The notes beneath the pieces are model-generated. The model ran no database searches, was not told the origin of the DNA, and saw only the letters and a list, made by a program, of their open reading frames with translations. The position numbers and the translations under genes are program-made. A stretch of 59,686 bases of DNA, filler included. It is 6 parts of 6 records of this genome, joined end to end, with 100 filler letters (N's around TTAATTAATTAA, not from the genome) between each part and the next. Parts side by side here need not be neighbours in the genome. Positions count along the whole stretch, not along the records: positions 36,533 to 47,368 come from DRR723986_8285; positions 47,469 to 59,686 come from DRR723986_8288; 4 more parts are not named here. The stretch is one strand, 5' to 3'. Shown here in pieces: positions 40,570 to 51,173 of the stretch. Position 1 is the stretch's first letter, and each line of letters opens with the position of its first letter.

Positions 40570-41763
40570 TCAGCTGTTACAGCAGCAGTCACCGATCAGG
40601 CGCACATTGATCACACCGTTGAGGGCGCGCATTTCATCCAGCATGGTATCGCTGGGCTGGCCCTCGATGTCGATCAGGTTGTAGGCAATGTTGTCGCGGC
40701 TCTTGTTCAGCATATCGATCACGTTGATATCCTGATCCGCCAGGATCGCCAATACACTGCCGAGGATCTTGGGCACGTTTTCGTTGGTTACCGCGAGACG
40801 GCAGCCGGTGACATGTTCCAGCTGCAGGGTCGGGAAGTTCACTGAATTGCGAATATTGCCGTTCTCGAGGAAGTCACGCAGCTGGTCGGCCGCCATAATC
40901 GCACAGTTCTCTTCCGCCTCGTCGGTGCTCGCACCGATGTGAGGCATCAGGATCACATCGTTGCGGCCAATCAGTCCGGGAGCCGGGAAATCGGTGATGT
41001 ACTTGCGCATCTTGCCCTCGTTGAGGGACTGGAGCACCGCGCTGTTATCGACGATTTCCTTACGCGCGAAGTTCAGCAGGCAAGCGCCCGGGCGCAGGTT
41101 GGCCAGCAATTCCGCGTTAACAAGATTACGGGTAGCGTCCAGCACCGGCAGGTGCAGGCTGATGTAATCGCTACGCGCAAACAGTGAGGCAAGCGCATCC
41201 GCCCGCTTCACCTGGCTGGACAGGCGCCAGGCGGCCTCCACCGAGAGTGCCGGATCGTAGCCAATCACGTCCATACCAAGGGTAAGCGCCATCTCGGCAA
41301 CCAGCGAGCCGATAGCCCCCAGGCCGACAACACCCAGCGTCTTACCCACCAGCTCGCTGCCCTTGAACTGCTTTTTCTGCGCCTCCAGGATCCTGTTGAG
41401 CTCGGCCTCATCGTCCATATCCGCCAGTGTGCGGACATACTCGATGCCTTCGATGACGCCCCGGGAACCCAGCAGCAGGCCAGCCGCGACCAGTTCCTTC
41501 ACCGCATTGGCGTTAGCGCCGGGCGTGTTGAAAACCGGGATACCACGTGCCGTACAGTCAGCAACCGGGATGTTGTTCACGCCGGCACCGGCGCGCGCGA
41601 TCGCCAGGACGCTGGACGGAATCTCTTCCATTTGCAGTTTGTGGCTGCGCAGCATGATGGCGTCAGGGTGGGCAAATTCGCTGGCGATCTCATAGTGGTC
41701 GCGCGGCAGCCGATCCAGGCCCTTTACGGAAATCTGGTTCAGGGTAAGGATTTTGTTGGCCAT
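40570..41763 (-). CDS. serA: D-3-phosphoglycerate dehydrogenase with ACT domain
   Basis: ARAGAGVNNIP, GLGAIG, NFAR, PHIGAST.EAE, C-terminal ACT. Confidence 0.88.
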   Translation of the reverse strand: MANKILTLNQISVKGLDRLPRDHYEIASEFAHPDAIMLRSHKLQMEEIPSSVLAIARAGAGVNNIPVADCTARGIPVFNTPGANANAVKELVAAGLLLGSRGVIEGIEYVRTLADMDDEAELNRILEAQKKQFKGSELVGKTLGVVGLGAIGSLVAEMALTLGMDVIGYDPALSVEAAWRLSSQVKRADALASLFARSDYISLHLPVLDATRNLVNAELLANLRPGACLLNFARKEIVDNSAVLQSLNEGKMRKYITDFPAPGLIGRNDVILMPHIGASTDEAEENCAIMAADQLRDFLENGNIRNSVNFPTLQLEHVTGCRLAVTNENVPKILGSVLAILADQDINVIDMLNKSRDNIAYNLIDIEGQPSDTMLDEMRALNGVINVRLIGDCCCNS

Positions 41764-41779
41764 CTGGTGATCCTGTTAC

Positions 41780-43657
41780 TTAAAGAACGGTAATATCGGC
41801 CTGCTCACGCAACCCCGATTGAAATTCCTGCTGCACAAGGGTGCCGAACTCCGCACCAACCTGGCGTTCCAGGACATTGCGCTGGGCCACCGGCAGGTTC
41901 TCCAGACGGCCTTCGGTCACACGCGCCAGCTCCAGCACCAGGGCATCGCCTGCAGAGTTCATTACGAAGTCGACCTGCGCGCTGTCGCCGGGGGCCGGCA
42001 GAGCGAATGCGCGGCGCAGCACCTCGGGCGGCAGGCTCCCGTTGCGCCGCTGGGCACCAATCTCCACCTGCCATTCGTAGTCATTGGCCAGCGCATAGGC
42101 CTCGAGGCCCTGCCCTGTCTGCAGCGCGGCGACGGCACGTGCCGCCTCGGCAGCCACCGAATCCCGGGCATACTGCTCGGTAATAGCTGTCACGATGTCA
42201 GCGCGTACCACGGCAAGCGGCTTGAGTTCGGGGACGTTGTGCCTGCGAACCCTCAGCGCAAGGAAATGTTCCGATGACAGTTCGATAACCTGGCTGTTAT
42301 GGCCAAGCTCCAGCACTTCCTCGGAAAAAGCGGCGCTGATCAGTGCGGGGTTGGCGAACAAGCCCTCGCTCTGGTTACGGGTCACCGGCTCCGAAACGCT
42401 GACTTCCAGGCCAAGTTCCTCTGCCGGACCGGCAAGGTTGTCGGCATTGAAGCTATAGTCACCCAGGGACTCGGCGGCCAGCAGCAGCGCGGCCCGAGCC
42501 TCGCTCAACTGGATTGTCTGCTCCAGTTCCGGCCGCATTTCCTCAAAAGACACCTGCTCGCCGGCGCGACGCTCGGTGAGCAGGATCAGGTGAACACCGG
42601 CATCGGTGGTAACCGGCTCCGACAATTGGCCGGGCTCCAGTGCCGCAATGGCTTCTTCCATCTCTTCCGGAAAGGCATCACCCGCGGAGAAACCCAGGTC
42701 ACCACCACTGGCAGCGGAACCGATGTCGTCCGACAGCTCCGCAGCAAGGTCGGCAAACGCCCGGCCCTCTGCCAACTGCTCACGGGCGGCGTCGATGCGC
42801 GCCTGGTAGGCGTCATCAGCTTCGTCAGAACCCTGTTCAAACAGGATATGAGACACCCGGTTCTCTGTCTGGTACTGGTACTGGTCCCTGGCGAGTTCGA
42901 ATTCCTGCCGCAGCAGTTCTTCTGCGACTGGCTCCCGGAAGTCGTCTGCCCGCAGCTCGATATACTCAAGGACCACCGATTCCTCGGTCTGGTAGTCGCG
43001 CGCGTTACGCTCGTACCACTGCTCAACATCCGCTTCTGACACTTCCAGGTCCTGGCGATAACGATCCACCGGGATCGTCAGGTAGCGCACATCGCGCTCC
43101 TCGGCTGACACACGGGCGTTCAGCGCCAGTTCTGCCGGCGTTGCAAAGTCACTGCCGGCCAGCCCGCTGCGCTGCTGGTTGGCAATCATGTCCTCCACCA
43201 GGCCCTGTTTGAACGACAACGGCGTGTAGCCAGCGCTGGACAGAAGACTTTTATAGAGTTCCGGGGAAAACTGGCCGTCGACCTGGAACTGCTCCATGCC
43301 GGCGATCACAGTGCCAACCTCGCGGTCAGAAACCGTCAGGTCCATGCCGGCTGCCGCCTGCATCAGCAGTCGACGGCTGATGATGCCGTCGATTGCCTGC
43401 GCGGTGAGGCGGTCATCGTCAAGCATGGCCGGATCGATCGACTCCCCCATCATCGCGATCAGCTGCCGTTTCTGGGCATTAACCGCCTGTTGCACCTCAA
43501 ACGGGCTGATGTCCTCACCATTGACCTCCGCCACGCCGGACGACCCTCCTCCGAGCAGGATTGACTCGATACCGAAGATGGAAAAGGAAATGACGATCAG
43601 GCCAATAATGACCTTGGCCATTGTGCCCTGGATGCTGGAACGAATGTCTTGGAGCAT
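41780..43657 (-). CDS. ppiD: Periplasmic chaperone/PPIase PpiD
   Basis: N-terminal TM, VAEVNGE, parvulin SHILF..SDD.GSA..GGDLG; clpX-lon-hupB-ppiD synteny. Confidence 0.9.
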   Translation of the reverse strand: MLQDIRSSIQGTMAKVIIGLIVISFSIFGIESILLGGGSSGVAEVNGEDISPFEVQQAVNAQKRQLIAMMGESIDPAMLDDDRLTAQAIDGIISRRLLMQAAAGMDLTVSDREVGTVIAGMEQFQVDGQFSPELYKSLLSSAGYTPLSFKQGLVEDMIANQQRSGLAGSDFATPAELALNARVSAEERDVRYLTIPVDRYRQDLEVSEADVEQWYERNARDYQTEESVVLEYIELRADDFREPVAEELLRQEFELARDQYQYQTENRVSHILFEQGSDEADDAYQARIDAAREQLAEGRAFADLAAELSDDIGSAASGGDLGFSAGDAFPEEMEEAIAALEPGQLSEPVTTDAGVHLILLTERRAGEQVSFEEMRPELEQTIQLSEARAALLLAAESLGDYSFNADNLAGPAEELGLEVSVSEPVTRNQSEGLFANPALISAAFSEEVLELGHNSQVIELSSEHFLALRVRRHNVPELKPLAVVRADIVTAITEQYARDSVAAEAARAVAALQTGQGLEAYALANDYEWQVEIGAQRRNGSLPPEVLRRAFALPAPGDSAQVDFVMNSAGDALVLELARVTEGRLENLPVAQRNVLERQVGAEFGTLVQQEFQSGLREQADITVL

Positions 43658-43841
43658 TTAGGAAACTCTATCTTGCAACGTAAAGAGCGCACCGCGGTGC
43701 GCCCTCTAGATTGGTTGGTAACGCCGGTCGAACGCTGGGGATTGTAGGCCCCGAAGTGTTCGATGTCACCTGCCGTCAGGGTAACCCAGCCGGCGGTGTA
43801 TCGGCGCGACCGTCTCAGTTACCGACGGCCAGGCTCTGCGG

Positions 43842-44117
43842 TCAGGAATTGACCGAATCTTTCAGGCCCTTGCCAGCTTTGAAGCTGGGTACGTTGGAGG
43901 CCTTGATCTGGATGGTCGCGCCGGTCTGGGGATTACGACCTTCGCGTGCCGCACGGTGCTTAACGGAAAACGTCCCGAAGCCTACCAGAGAAACCTGATC
44001 GCCCTTCTTCAGTGCGTCAGTAATGCTATCAACTACTGCGTCCAGTGCACGGCCTGCGGATGCTTTTGGAATGTCGGCAGCAGATGCAATGGCGTCAATC
44101 AGATCGGTCTTATTCAC
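43842..44117 (-). CDS. hupB: DNA-binding protein HU-beta
   Basis: [30 protein letters not shown]. Confidence 0.95.
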   Translation of the reverse strand: MNKTDLIDAIASAADIPKASAGRALDAVVDSITDALKKGDQVSLVGFGTFSVKHRAAREGRNPQTGATIQIKASNVPSFKAGKGLKDSVNS

Positions 44118-44243
44118 ATGAATCCCCTTGGAAATTATCGTAAACGTTTCAGGAAGGGGCCCCGCCGGGCCCTGGGTACTGTACTCGCGCTTTGCGGCGA
44201 CTTTATACCAGAGGCATTACGAGGGTCAACTGAAACCCCTGCC

Positions 44244-46685
44244 CTAGTGCGTATTTATGCGGCTTTCGCCACCTTGGTCACTACCTGATCCAGTTGACAG
44301 CGTCTCGGCCAGGTAATCTTCGTCGCTGAGCGGCTCCGGCATCTTCTCCAGAGCGATCGCCAACACTTCGTCTATCCACTTGACGGCACGAATATCAAGA
44401 TCCGCCTTGATATTGTCCGGCACTTCCTTGAGGTCACGCTCATTCTCGCGGGGAATGATGACGGTCTTGATACCGCCGCGGCGTGCTGCCAACAGCTTTT
44501 CCTTCAGCCCGCCAATCGGTAGTACCTCACCGCGCAAGGTAATCTCCCCGGTCATCGCCACGTCGGCGCGCACGGGGATACCGGTGCAGACCGACACCAG
44601 AGCGGTACACATCGCGATACCGGCACTCGGGCCATCCTTGGGCGTAGCCCCCTCGGGCACGTGGATATGAACATCGTGCTTCTCGTGATACTGCGCCGCT
44701 ATGCCCAGCATCTGGGAACGACTGCGCACCACAGTGGTAGCAGCCTGGATCGACTCCTGCATCACATCCCCAAGGGAGCCGGTTTTGACATGGCGGCCCT
44801 TACCGGCGACAGACACGGCTTCAATCGTTAGCAGCTCGCCTCCGACCGAGGTCCAGGCAAGGCCTGTTACCTGGCCGATCTTGTTTTCTTCCTCGGCAAT
44901 TCCGTAGTTGTATTTGCGCACGCCGAGCAGATCCGGAAGCATGTCGGAAGTCACCTCGGTGCTACCCTCGACCTCACCCAGGGTGATGGACTTGACCATT
45001 TTCCGGCAGACCTTGGCGATCTCACGCTCCAGCGCCCGCACTCCGGCTTCACGGGTGTAGTAACGAATGATGTCCAGCACGGCCTTTTCGGCAATGCTGA
45101 TTTCTTCCGGCTTCAGCCCATTCACCTTGACCTGCTTGGGTATCAGGTAACGCTCGGCGATGTTCAGCTTCTCGTCTTCGGTGTAGCCCGGGATGCGGAT
45201 AACTTCCATCCGATCGAGCAGCGGACCCGGGATATTCATGGTGTTGGACGTGCACACGAACATCACGTCGGACAGGTCGTAATCCACTTCCAGATAGTGA
45301 TCGTTGAACGCGTGGTTCTGTTCCGGGTCGAGCACCTCGAGCATGGCGGATGCGGGATCGCCCCGGTGATCCATACCCATCTTATCGATCTCGTCCAACA
45401 GGAACAGCGGATTACGAACCCCGGCCTTGGCCATCTTCTGCAACAGCTTGCCCGGCATCGAGCCAATATAGGTTCTGCGGTGGCCCCGTATTTCCGCCTC
45501 GTCGCGCACTCCACCAAGGGCCATGCGGACAAACTTGCGATTCGTGGCACGCGCCAGTGACTCGCCCAGCGAGGTTTTGCCCACGCCGGGAGGGCCTACC
45601 AGGCACAGCACCGGCCCTTTCACCTTGCGCACCCGTTTCTGTACCGCCAGGTACTCGAGGATGCGCTCCTTCACCTCCTCCAGACCGTAGTGATCCTCAT
45701 TGAGAATCCCGGTGGCGCGCTTGAGATCGTGCTTCACCTTGCTGCGCTTGGACCAGGGAACGGTAACCATCCAGTCGATGTAGCTGCGTACCACCGAGGC
45801 CTCGGCTGACATCGGCGACATCATCTTCAGCTTGCCCAATTCCGACAGGGCCTTGTCCCGCGCTTCCTCCGGCATCTTTGCCTCGTCGATGCGGGCCTGC
45901 AGTTCATCCAGTTCGCTGGGTGCCTCGTCCATCTCACCGAGCTCTTTCTGGATCGCCTTCATCTGCTCGTTGAGGTAGTACTCGCGCTGGCTCTTTTCCA
46001 TCTGCTTCTTGACCCGGCCGCGAATCCGCTTCTCGACCTGGAACAGGTCGATCTCGGCCTCCATCAGGCCCATCAGGTGTTCCAGACGACCGCGCACGCT
46101 GGAGATTTCAAGGATTTTCTGCTTTTCCTCGAGGTCGACGCTCATATGGGCAGCGATGGTGTCTGCGAGTCGGCCCGGGTCATCGATCCCGGTCAGTGAG
46201 GTCAGCACCTCCGCCGGCACCTTCTTGCTCAGGTTGACGTATTTCTCGAACTGGCCGACGGTGGAGCGCAGCAAGCCTTCGACCTCAGCCTCGGGAATCT
46301 CCTCGCTCTCGATCTCGCGTACACCGGCTACCGCGAATTCGCCTTCGTCGTTGACGCTGTCGACCGCTGCCCGATAACCGCCCTCGACCAGCACCTTGAT
46401 GGTGCCATCGGGAAGTTTGAGCAACTGCAGGATATTGGACACCGTGCCGACCTGGTAGATGTCGTCAACACCCGGATTGTCGTCAGCTGCGTTGCGCTGG
46501 GCGACGAGAAGGACCTGCTTGTCGCTGGTCATGGCATCTTCCAGCGCCTCGATGGACTTCTCCCGCCCGACGAACAGCGGCAAGACCATGTGCGGGTAGA
46601 CGACCACGTCACGCAGGGGCAGCAGGGGAAGTTCGATAACAGATGAGGAACCCATAACACTCTCCGGGTTGAATGCGTCAGTCAT
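44244..46685 (-). CDS. lon: Lon protease
   Basis: LPLRDVVVYP, GPPGVGKTS, PKDGPSAG. Confidence 0.97.
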   Translation of the reverse strand: MTDAFNPESVMGSSSVIELPLLPLRDVVVYPHMVLPLFVGREKSIEALEDAMTSDKQVLLVAQRNAADDNPGVDDIYQVGTVSNILQLLKLPDGTIKVLVEGGYRAAVDSVNDEGEFAVAGVREIESEEIPEAEVEGLLRSTVGQFEKYVNLSKKVPAEVLTSLTGIDDPGRLADTIAAHMSVDLEEKQKILEISSVRGRLEHLMGLMEAEIDLFQVEKRIRGRVKKQMEKSQREYYLNEQMKAIQKELGEMDEAPSELDELQARIDEAKMPEEARDKALSELGKLKMMSPMSAEASVVRSYIDWMVTVPWSKRSKVKHDLKRATGILNEDHYGLEEVKERILEYLAVQKRVRKVKGPVLCLVGPPGVGKTSLGESLARATNRKFVRMALGGVRDEAEIRGHRRTYIGSMPGKLLQKMAKAGVRNPLFLLDEIDKMGMDHRGDPASAMLEVLDPEQNHAFNDHYLEVDYDLSDVMFVCTSNTMNIPGPLLDRMEVIRIPGYTEDEKLNIAERYLIPKQVKVNGLKPEEISIAEKAVLDIIRYYTREAGVRALEREIAKVCRKMVKSITLGEVEGSTEVTSDMLPDLLGVRKYNYGIAEEENKIGQVTGLAWTSVGGELLTIEAVSVAGKGRHVKTGSLGDVMQESIQAATTVVRSRSQMLGIAAQYHEKHDVHIHVPEGATPKDGPSAGIAMCTALVSVCTGIPVRADVAMTGEITLRGEVLPIGGLKEKLLAARRGGIKTVIIPRENERDLKEVPDNIKADLDIRAVKWIDEVLAIALEKMPEPLSDEDYLAETLSTGSGSDQGGESRINTH

Positions 46686-46773
46686 TACTGACGTACATGG
46701 GGACGAAAACCCGGATCACAAGCCCGACACGACGGTTCTGTCCCGCGTCTGCCCCCGTTTACAGGCGGGGCTA

Positions 46774-47368
46774 CTAGTCTTCGGTGGAGGCGGCCCTGGC
46801 CGGTTCGCTGGTCTGGTACACCAGCAGCGGCTCTGAATCGCCGCGGATTACCGACTCGTCGATAACCACCTTGGATACGTCATCCCGGGACGGGATGTTG
46901 TACATGGAGTCCAGCAGGACACCTTCGAGGATCGAGCGCAGGCCCCGGGCACCGGTCTTGCGTTCCATCGCCTTCTCGGCGACAGCGCGCAGGCCATCCT
47001 CCCGGAAATCGACTTCCACACCCTCCATCTCGAACAGCTTGCTGTACTGCTTGGTGAGCGAGTTCTTGGGTTCGGTGAGGATTTGGACCAGTGCCTCGAT
47101 GTCCAGTTCCTCCAGGGTGGCAATCACCGGCAAACGACCGACGAATTCAGGAATCAGGCCATACTGGATGAGATCTTCAGGCTCGAGGTCGAACAACAGT
47201 TCGCCGACGTTACGCGCCTCGTCCTTGCTCTTGACCTCGGCGTTGAAGCCGATGCCGCCCTTCTCCGAACGATTGCGAATTACCTTATCGAGGCCGGCAA
47301 ACGCGCCGCCACAGATGAACAGGATATTTGAAGTGTCTACCTGCAGGAACTCCTGCTGGGGATGCTTG
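46774..47368 (-). CDS. clpX: ClpX, 3' part
   Basis: [44 protein letters not shown]. Confidence 0.96.
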
Positions 47369-47468
47369 NNNNNNNNNNNNNNNNNNNNNNNNNNNNNNNN
47401 NNNNNNNNNNNNTTAATTAATTAANNNNNNNNNNNNNNNNNNNNNNNNNNNNNNNNNNNNNNNNNNNN

Positions 47469-47582
47469 CTCCACCGATTCGCCGGTCCTGCCCGCGAGTC
47501 GTTCATAGAGCCTGCGATCCTTGACACAGCTCGGGCAGGCGCCATCGTAGAACACGCGAAGCTGATCGCCTGTTGCCGTCAT
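47469..47582 (-). CDS. DCC (DUF393) thiol-disulfide oxidoreductase family, 5' part
   Basis: LRVFYDGACPSC (DxxCxxC); cut by contig start. Confidence 0.8.
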
Positions 47583-47821
47583 CGCTATCCCCCCTGTTTG
47601 CATCGCATTCATCTGACTACACGATAAAGCACTGCGTGGCTCCCGTTAACCCTTCGGGTCTCAGGCATAACCCGCGAGAGGCTGTGCCATCGCCCGGAAA
47701 TTACAGGCAAGTTTCGATCACTGTCTGGCTCGCATGTTTTTCGTTCGTGAGTCCAAGATAACTCATTGCTCATTGATGACGCCGCTATTCAGCCAGCAAA
47801 AATCAGCACCACACCAAGCCC

Positions 47822-48274
47822 TTAGAGCACCAGGAATTCGGTCCAGAGACGGCTCAATGATGGCAAGGTCGGCGCCAGAAGCAGAAGTGCCAGAAGCGCG
47901 ATCAGCAGTCCGTTCTGCATCATGTTTGGAGCCGAGGCCGCCGCGTGTTCCAGGTTTGCACGACGGTAGACCATATCGGCAATAGCCAGGAAAAAGGTTT
48001 GTTCCGCGATGCCCCCGAGAGCATTACTCACAGCCAACTCCGGGTGCCCGCGGTAGGCCGCTGTTACCGAGAGCACCGAACCACTGAGGGACGTCGCTGC
48101 CCCCAGAAGCACGGCTCCAGCGGTTGCCTCACCCAGCCCGGTTCGGTCGGCGAGCTGGTCGACCACCCGTGTGATGCGTGTGCCCGCAATTGCAATGACC
48201 AGCGCACAGACGCTGAAAACCACGATGCTCTGTGACAGCGTCCAGCTATCCAGATCCATGATCGGCAATGTCAT
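47822..48274 (-). pseudogene. Truncated sodium:calcium exchanger family gene
   Basis: DQLADRTGLGEA..GAVLLGAATSL, LAVSNALG (first alpha-repeat only); stops at ~150 aa, second repeat missing. Confidence 0.7.
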
Positions 48275-48438
48275 CCTCCTGTTGCCTTTGAAGCCTGCCG
48301 CGCGGCCAACGCGAAACGCGCGACAGCGGACCGTACGCGTGGCCGGGCAGATAAGCGCTGCTTTAGTGAAACAAGCCCGCTTCACGCCCATGGTGGCGAC
48401 ATCCAGTGCAAACGTACAACCCTTGGCTGGGGTTTCTC

Positions 48439-48690
48439 ATGCCCATTTGCACTGTCACGGTCGGGGATCTGGCTTTCTCGCCGCAGCAGAAATCACAAAT
48501 CGCCGAGGCAACCACAGTGGCCCACAGCACCCAAATCGTGGACATCACAGCAGAGTATGTGCGAATCGATCTGCAGCACATTCCGGCCCCCCCGATGATC
48601 GAGTGTGGGCGGTTTTTGCCAGCACCGGGCGATGAAGCTGAGCGGGAAAAGGTGATAACTCTGGAAAAGCGGGCCAGCGTGCCTAAATAA
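48439..48690 (+). pseudogene. cis-CaaD/Cg10062-like tautomerase, copy 1, with internal deletion
   Basis: MP..TV..QQKSQIAEA.T.AHS joined directly to QIVDITAE..IECGRFLPAPGDE; the middle present in copy 2 is missing. Confidence 0.75.
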
Positions 48691-48694
48691 CCGC

Positions 48695-48716
48695 AATAAT
48701 GGATCTGTCCCGGTTT
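48695..48716 (+). repeat. Boundary motif copy A
   Basis: AATAATGGATCTGTCCCGGTTT. Confidence 0.75.
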
Positions 48717-48779
48717 CCCCGGTCCTATCTGCTGAACTTCTGCTAACATCATGCACTGCAAACTACTTTTTAGCCCTGC

Positions 48780-49589
48780 ATGGTTTTAACAATGCTTGAT
48801 CACATCAACCGGTTCTTATTTCTGGCACTCTGTTTAGTCACAATATCTGGCTGCGCAACGCAAACGATCAACACCAGCTTCAATGCCCTTCCGTCAGACG
48901 ATTCAATGGCATATTTCTCAGAAGGATGGATCATCCAGAAGCAGGAGTCTGATGACTATGTAGTTCAGATGGCTGTCCGAGATAGAAAACAGGCGTGGGA
49001 GGCAATCACTGGTCTTCTGTTCGTTCAAAACAAGTCTGAAAAACCCGTAAACGTCAGTGTGGAAAACATCTCCTTTCAGCAGGACGAGTACTCGATTGAC
49101 CTTCTTTCTTACAACGAACTGACTCAACAACACATCAGTCGCGCTCAATCCCGGAGAACTGCACTTGCCCTCAGCGCTATGGCCCAGAGCTTCAGTGCTG
49201 CCCAGCCTCAGACCACCACAACCTATGGTTCGGGAACTTCATACGGAAGCGGAGGGACTACAAGCTACTATGGCACCACTCAGTCATACACCCATGACCC
49301 TGCTGCCTCAGCGGCAGCTAAGGCTCAGATTCAAGCCAACGTCCAGGCCGGAGTTTCAAACATCCAGACAGACCTGCAGCGAAACCTTAATTCGATGGAT
49401 GGATATCTCCAGAAGACAACTGTTTTTCCAGGGCAGAGTTACAGTGGAAGGTTTCAATCCCAGATGACCCGCTTCGACCAAAGGCGCGAGTCGATATATG
49501 CTCTGACAGTAGAACTCGACGGCGAAAGGTTCAGCTTCAAGTTTATCGAGGAGGCAGACATCCAGACGCACCAGCGCAAACTGTTCTGA
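48780..49589 (+). CDS. Hypothetical lipoprotein
   Basis: Lipobox-like FLALCLVTISGC; G/S/T/Y-rich linker TTTTYGSGTSYGSGG. Start may be a downstream ATG. Confidence 0.75.
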   Translation: MVLTMLDHINRFLFLALCLVTISGCATQTINTSFNALPSDDSMAYFSEGWIIQKQESDDYVVQMAVRDRKQAWEAITGLLFVQNKSEKPVNVSVENISFQQDEYSIDLLSYNELTQQHISRAQSRRTALALSAMAQSFSAAQPQTTTTYGSGTSYGSGGTTSYYGTTQSYTHDPAASAAAKAQIQANVQAGVSNIQTDLQRNLNSMDGYLQKTTVFPGQSYSGRFQSQMTRFDQRRESIYALTVELDGERFSFKFIEEADIQTHQRKLF

Positions 49590-49629
49590 GAAGGTCAGAA
49601 CTACCAGAGACAAGGACAGCTCAAACAAG

Positions 49630-50376
49630 ATGAACAGCAACTACAAAATCGCTCTACTCATCGACTGTGACAACGTCAGTCACCAATCCATCGAAGGGGT
49701 ACTCTAGGAGCTCGCCAAATACGGGGCTGTGAACGTGCGCCATGCCCACGGAAACTGGAACGGTCCGCAACTGGGTGGCTGGATCGAAAAGCTCCACGCC
49801 AACGCCATCCGGCCGGTTCAGCAGTTTGCCTATACAACCGGCAAGAACGCTACCGATGCATCAATGATCATTGATGCCATGGACCTGCTCTACAGCGGGA
49901 ACGTCAATGCGTTCGCCCTCATGACCAGCGATTCCGATTTTACCCCTCTGGTGATGCGAATTCTCGAAGCCGGCCTACCGGTCTTTGGATTCGGCGAACG
50001 CAAAACTCCCATGCCATTCGTGAACGCCTGCTCGCAATTCATCTACACGGAGAACCTGCGGGAAGAAGCTGAGGAGCCCGATAACGTCAACAACGGCGGC
50101 ACGCCAAAACCGACGGTCGAGACCAAGTGGGAACGGAACAAACTGAGGGGCGACGCCGTGCTGGTGCGGACTCTACGAACTGCGGTGGAACAGACTGCTG
50201 ACGATGATGGTTGGGCGCATCTAGGAAAAGTTGGCCAGTATATTTCTAATAACAGCTCTTTCTCCCCCGTGAACTACGGGTACAAGAAGCTGAGCGATCT
50301 TATTCGAGCCAGTGAACTCTTCGAGATGAGTGTGCGGGATAAGAACGTCCTGCATATCAAAAGCCCAGAAAAATAG
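49630..50376 (+). pseudogene. NYN (LabA/DUF88) + LOTUS/OST-HTH protein with in-frame TAG at codon 26
   Basis: MNSNYKIALLIDCDNVSHQSIEGVL*ELAKYG (TAG at 49705-49707), then GKNATD..DAMDLL, SDSDFTPL, FSPVNYGYKKLSDLI. Confidence 0.82.
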
Positions 50377-50390
50377 CTTTGTCCCGGTTT
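50371..50390 (+). repeat. Boundary motif copy B (overlaps the NYN stop codon)
   Basis: AAATAGCTTTGTCCCGGTTT. Confidence 0.75.
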
Positions 50391-50574
50391 ACCCTCTGAT
50401 TCAGGCCCAGCTGATAAGACCCACCTTTACGGTAACAATCTGTTTCATTTTTTGAAGTGTGCAAATTGTAGTTAGCTTGGTAACTTACGCTCTGTAATGC
50501 CAAACTTTACTGAAGAAGGCCACCTCACAGTTGGCCCGCACGGGAAGCAAACTCATAAATTTAAAGGATGAAGT

Positions 50575-51036
50575 ATGGAATATGATGACTTGGAATACGT
50601 CGGCTTTTGGGCTCGAACTGGCGCAACGCTGATCGATTCTATCTTGATAGGTATAATTGTGTTTCCCTTGCTCACCGCGTTCTATGGTGAGTCCTATTGG
50701 GATAGTACAAGTTTAATTGTTGGGCCTATGGATTTTCTTTTGTCCTGGGTATTTCCTGCTGTAGCTGTGATTCTATTTTGGATATCAAAACAGGCAACAC
50801 CAGGGAAAATGGCCGTTTCCGCCAAAATTGTTGATGCCAAAACTGGCAATGCTGCAACCACTGGCCAATTGATCGGACGCTACCTCGCATACTACCTCTC
50901 CTTAATACCGCTTGGTCTTGGCTATTTCTGGGTGGCCTTTGATTCCCGCAAGCAGGGCTGGCATGACAAGCTCGCGGGGACAGTGGTCGTGCGGAAGAAG
51001 CACCGGGCACCGAGACCAGTTTCGTTCGACACCTGA
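50575..51036 (+). CDS. RDD family membrane protein
   Basis: YVGFWARTGATLID, QATPGKM, RKQGWHDKLAGTVVV. Confidence 0.9.
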   Translation: MEYDDLEYVGFWARTGATLIDSILIGIIVFPLLTAFYGESYWDSTSLIVGPMDFLLSWVFPAVAVILFWISKQATPGKMAVSAKIVDAKTGNAATTGQLIGRYLAYYLSLIPLGLGYFWVAFDSRKQGWHDKLAGTVVVRKKHRAPRPVSFDT

Positions 51037-51122
51037 CATACGCATATTGGAAGGTTTGCAGAGAATGACGCCTGAATACGCAGAGAAAGGCATAACACTT
51101 CCTTCACATGCTTAAGGGACCG

Positions 51123-51170
51123 AAACCGGGAAAGGTTTATTTCGCGAAGTAATAGACCCGTCCCGGTTTT
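51123..51170. repeat. Inverted doublet of the boundary motif (copies C- and D+)
   Basis: AAACCGGGAAAGGTTTATTT-CGCGAAG-TAATAGACCCGTCCCGGTTTT between two convergent genes. Confidence 0.78.
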
Positions 51171-51173
51171 GCC

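Noticed and set aside
11402-47468. Five evenly built TTAATTAATTAA palindromes inside N-runs
   Set aside because: Artificial six-frame-stop linkers used to concatenate contigs. They are not biological, and no cross-linker gene neighbourhood was interpreted.
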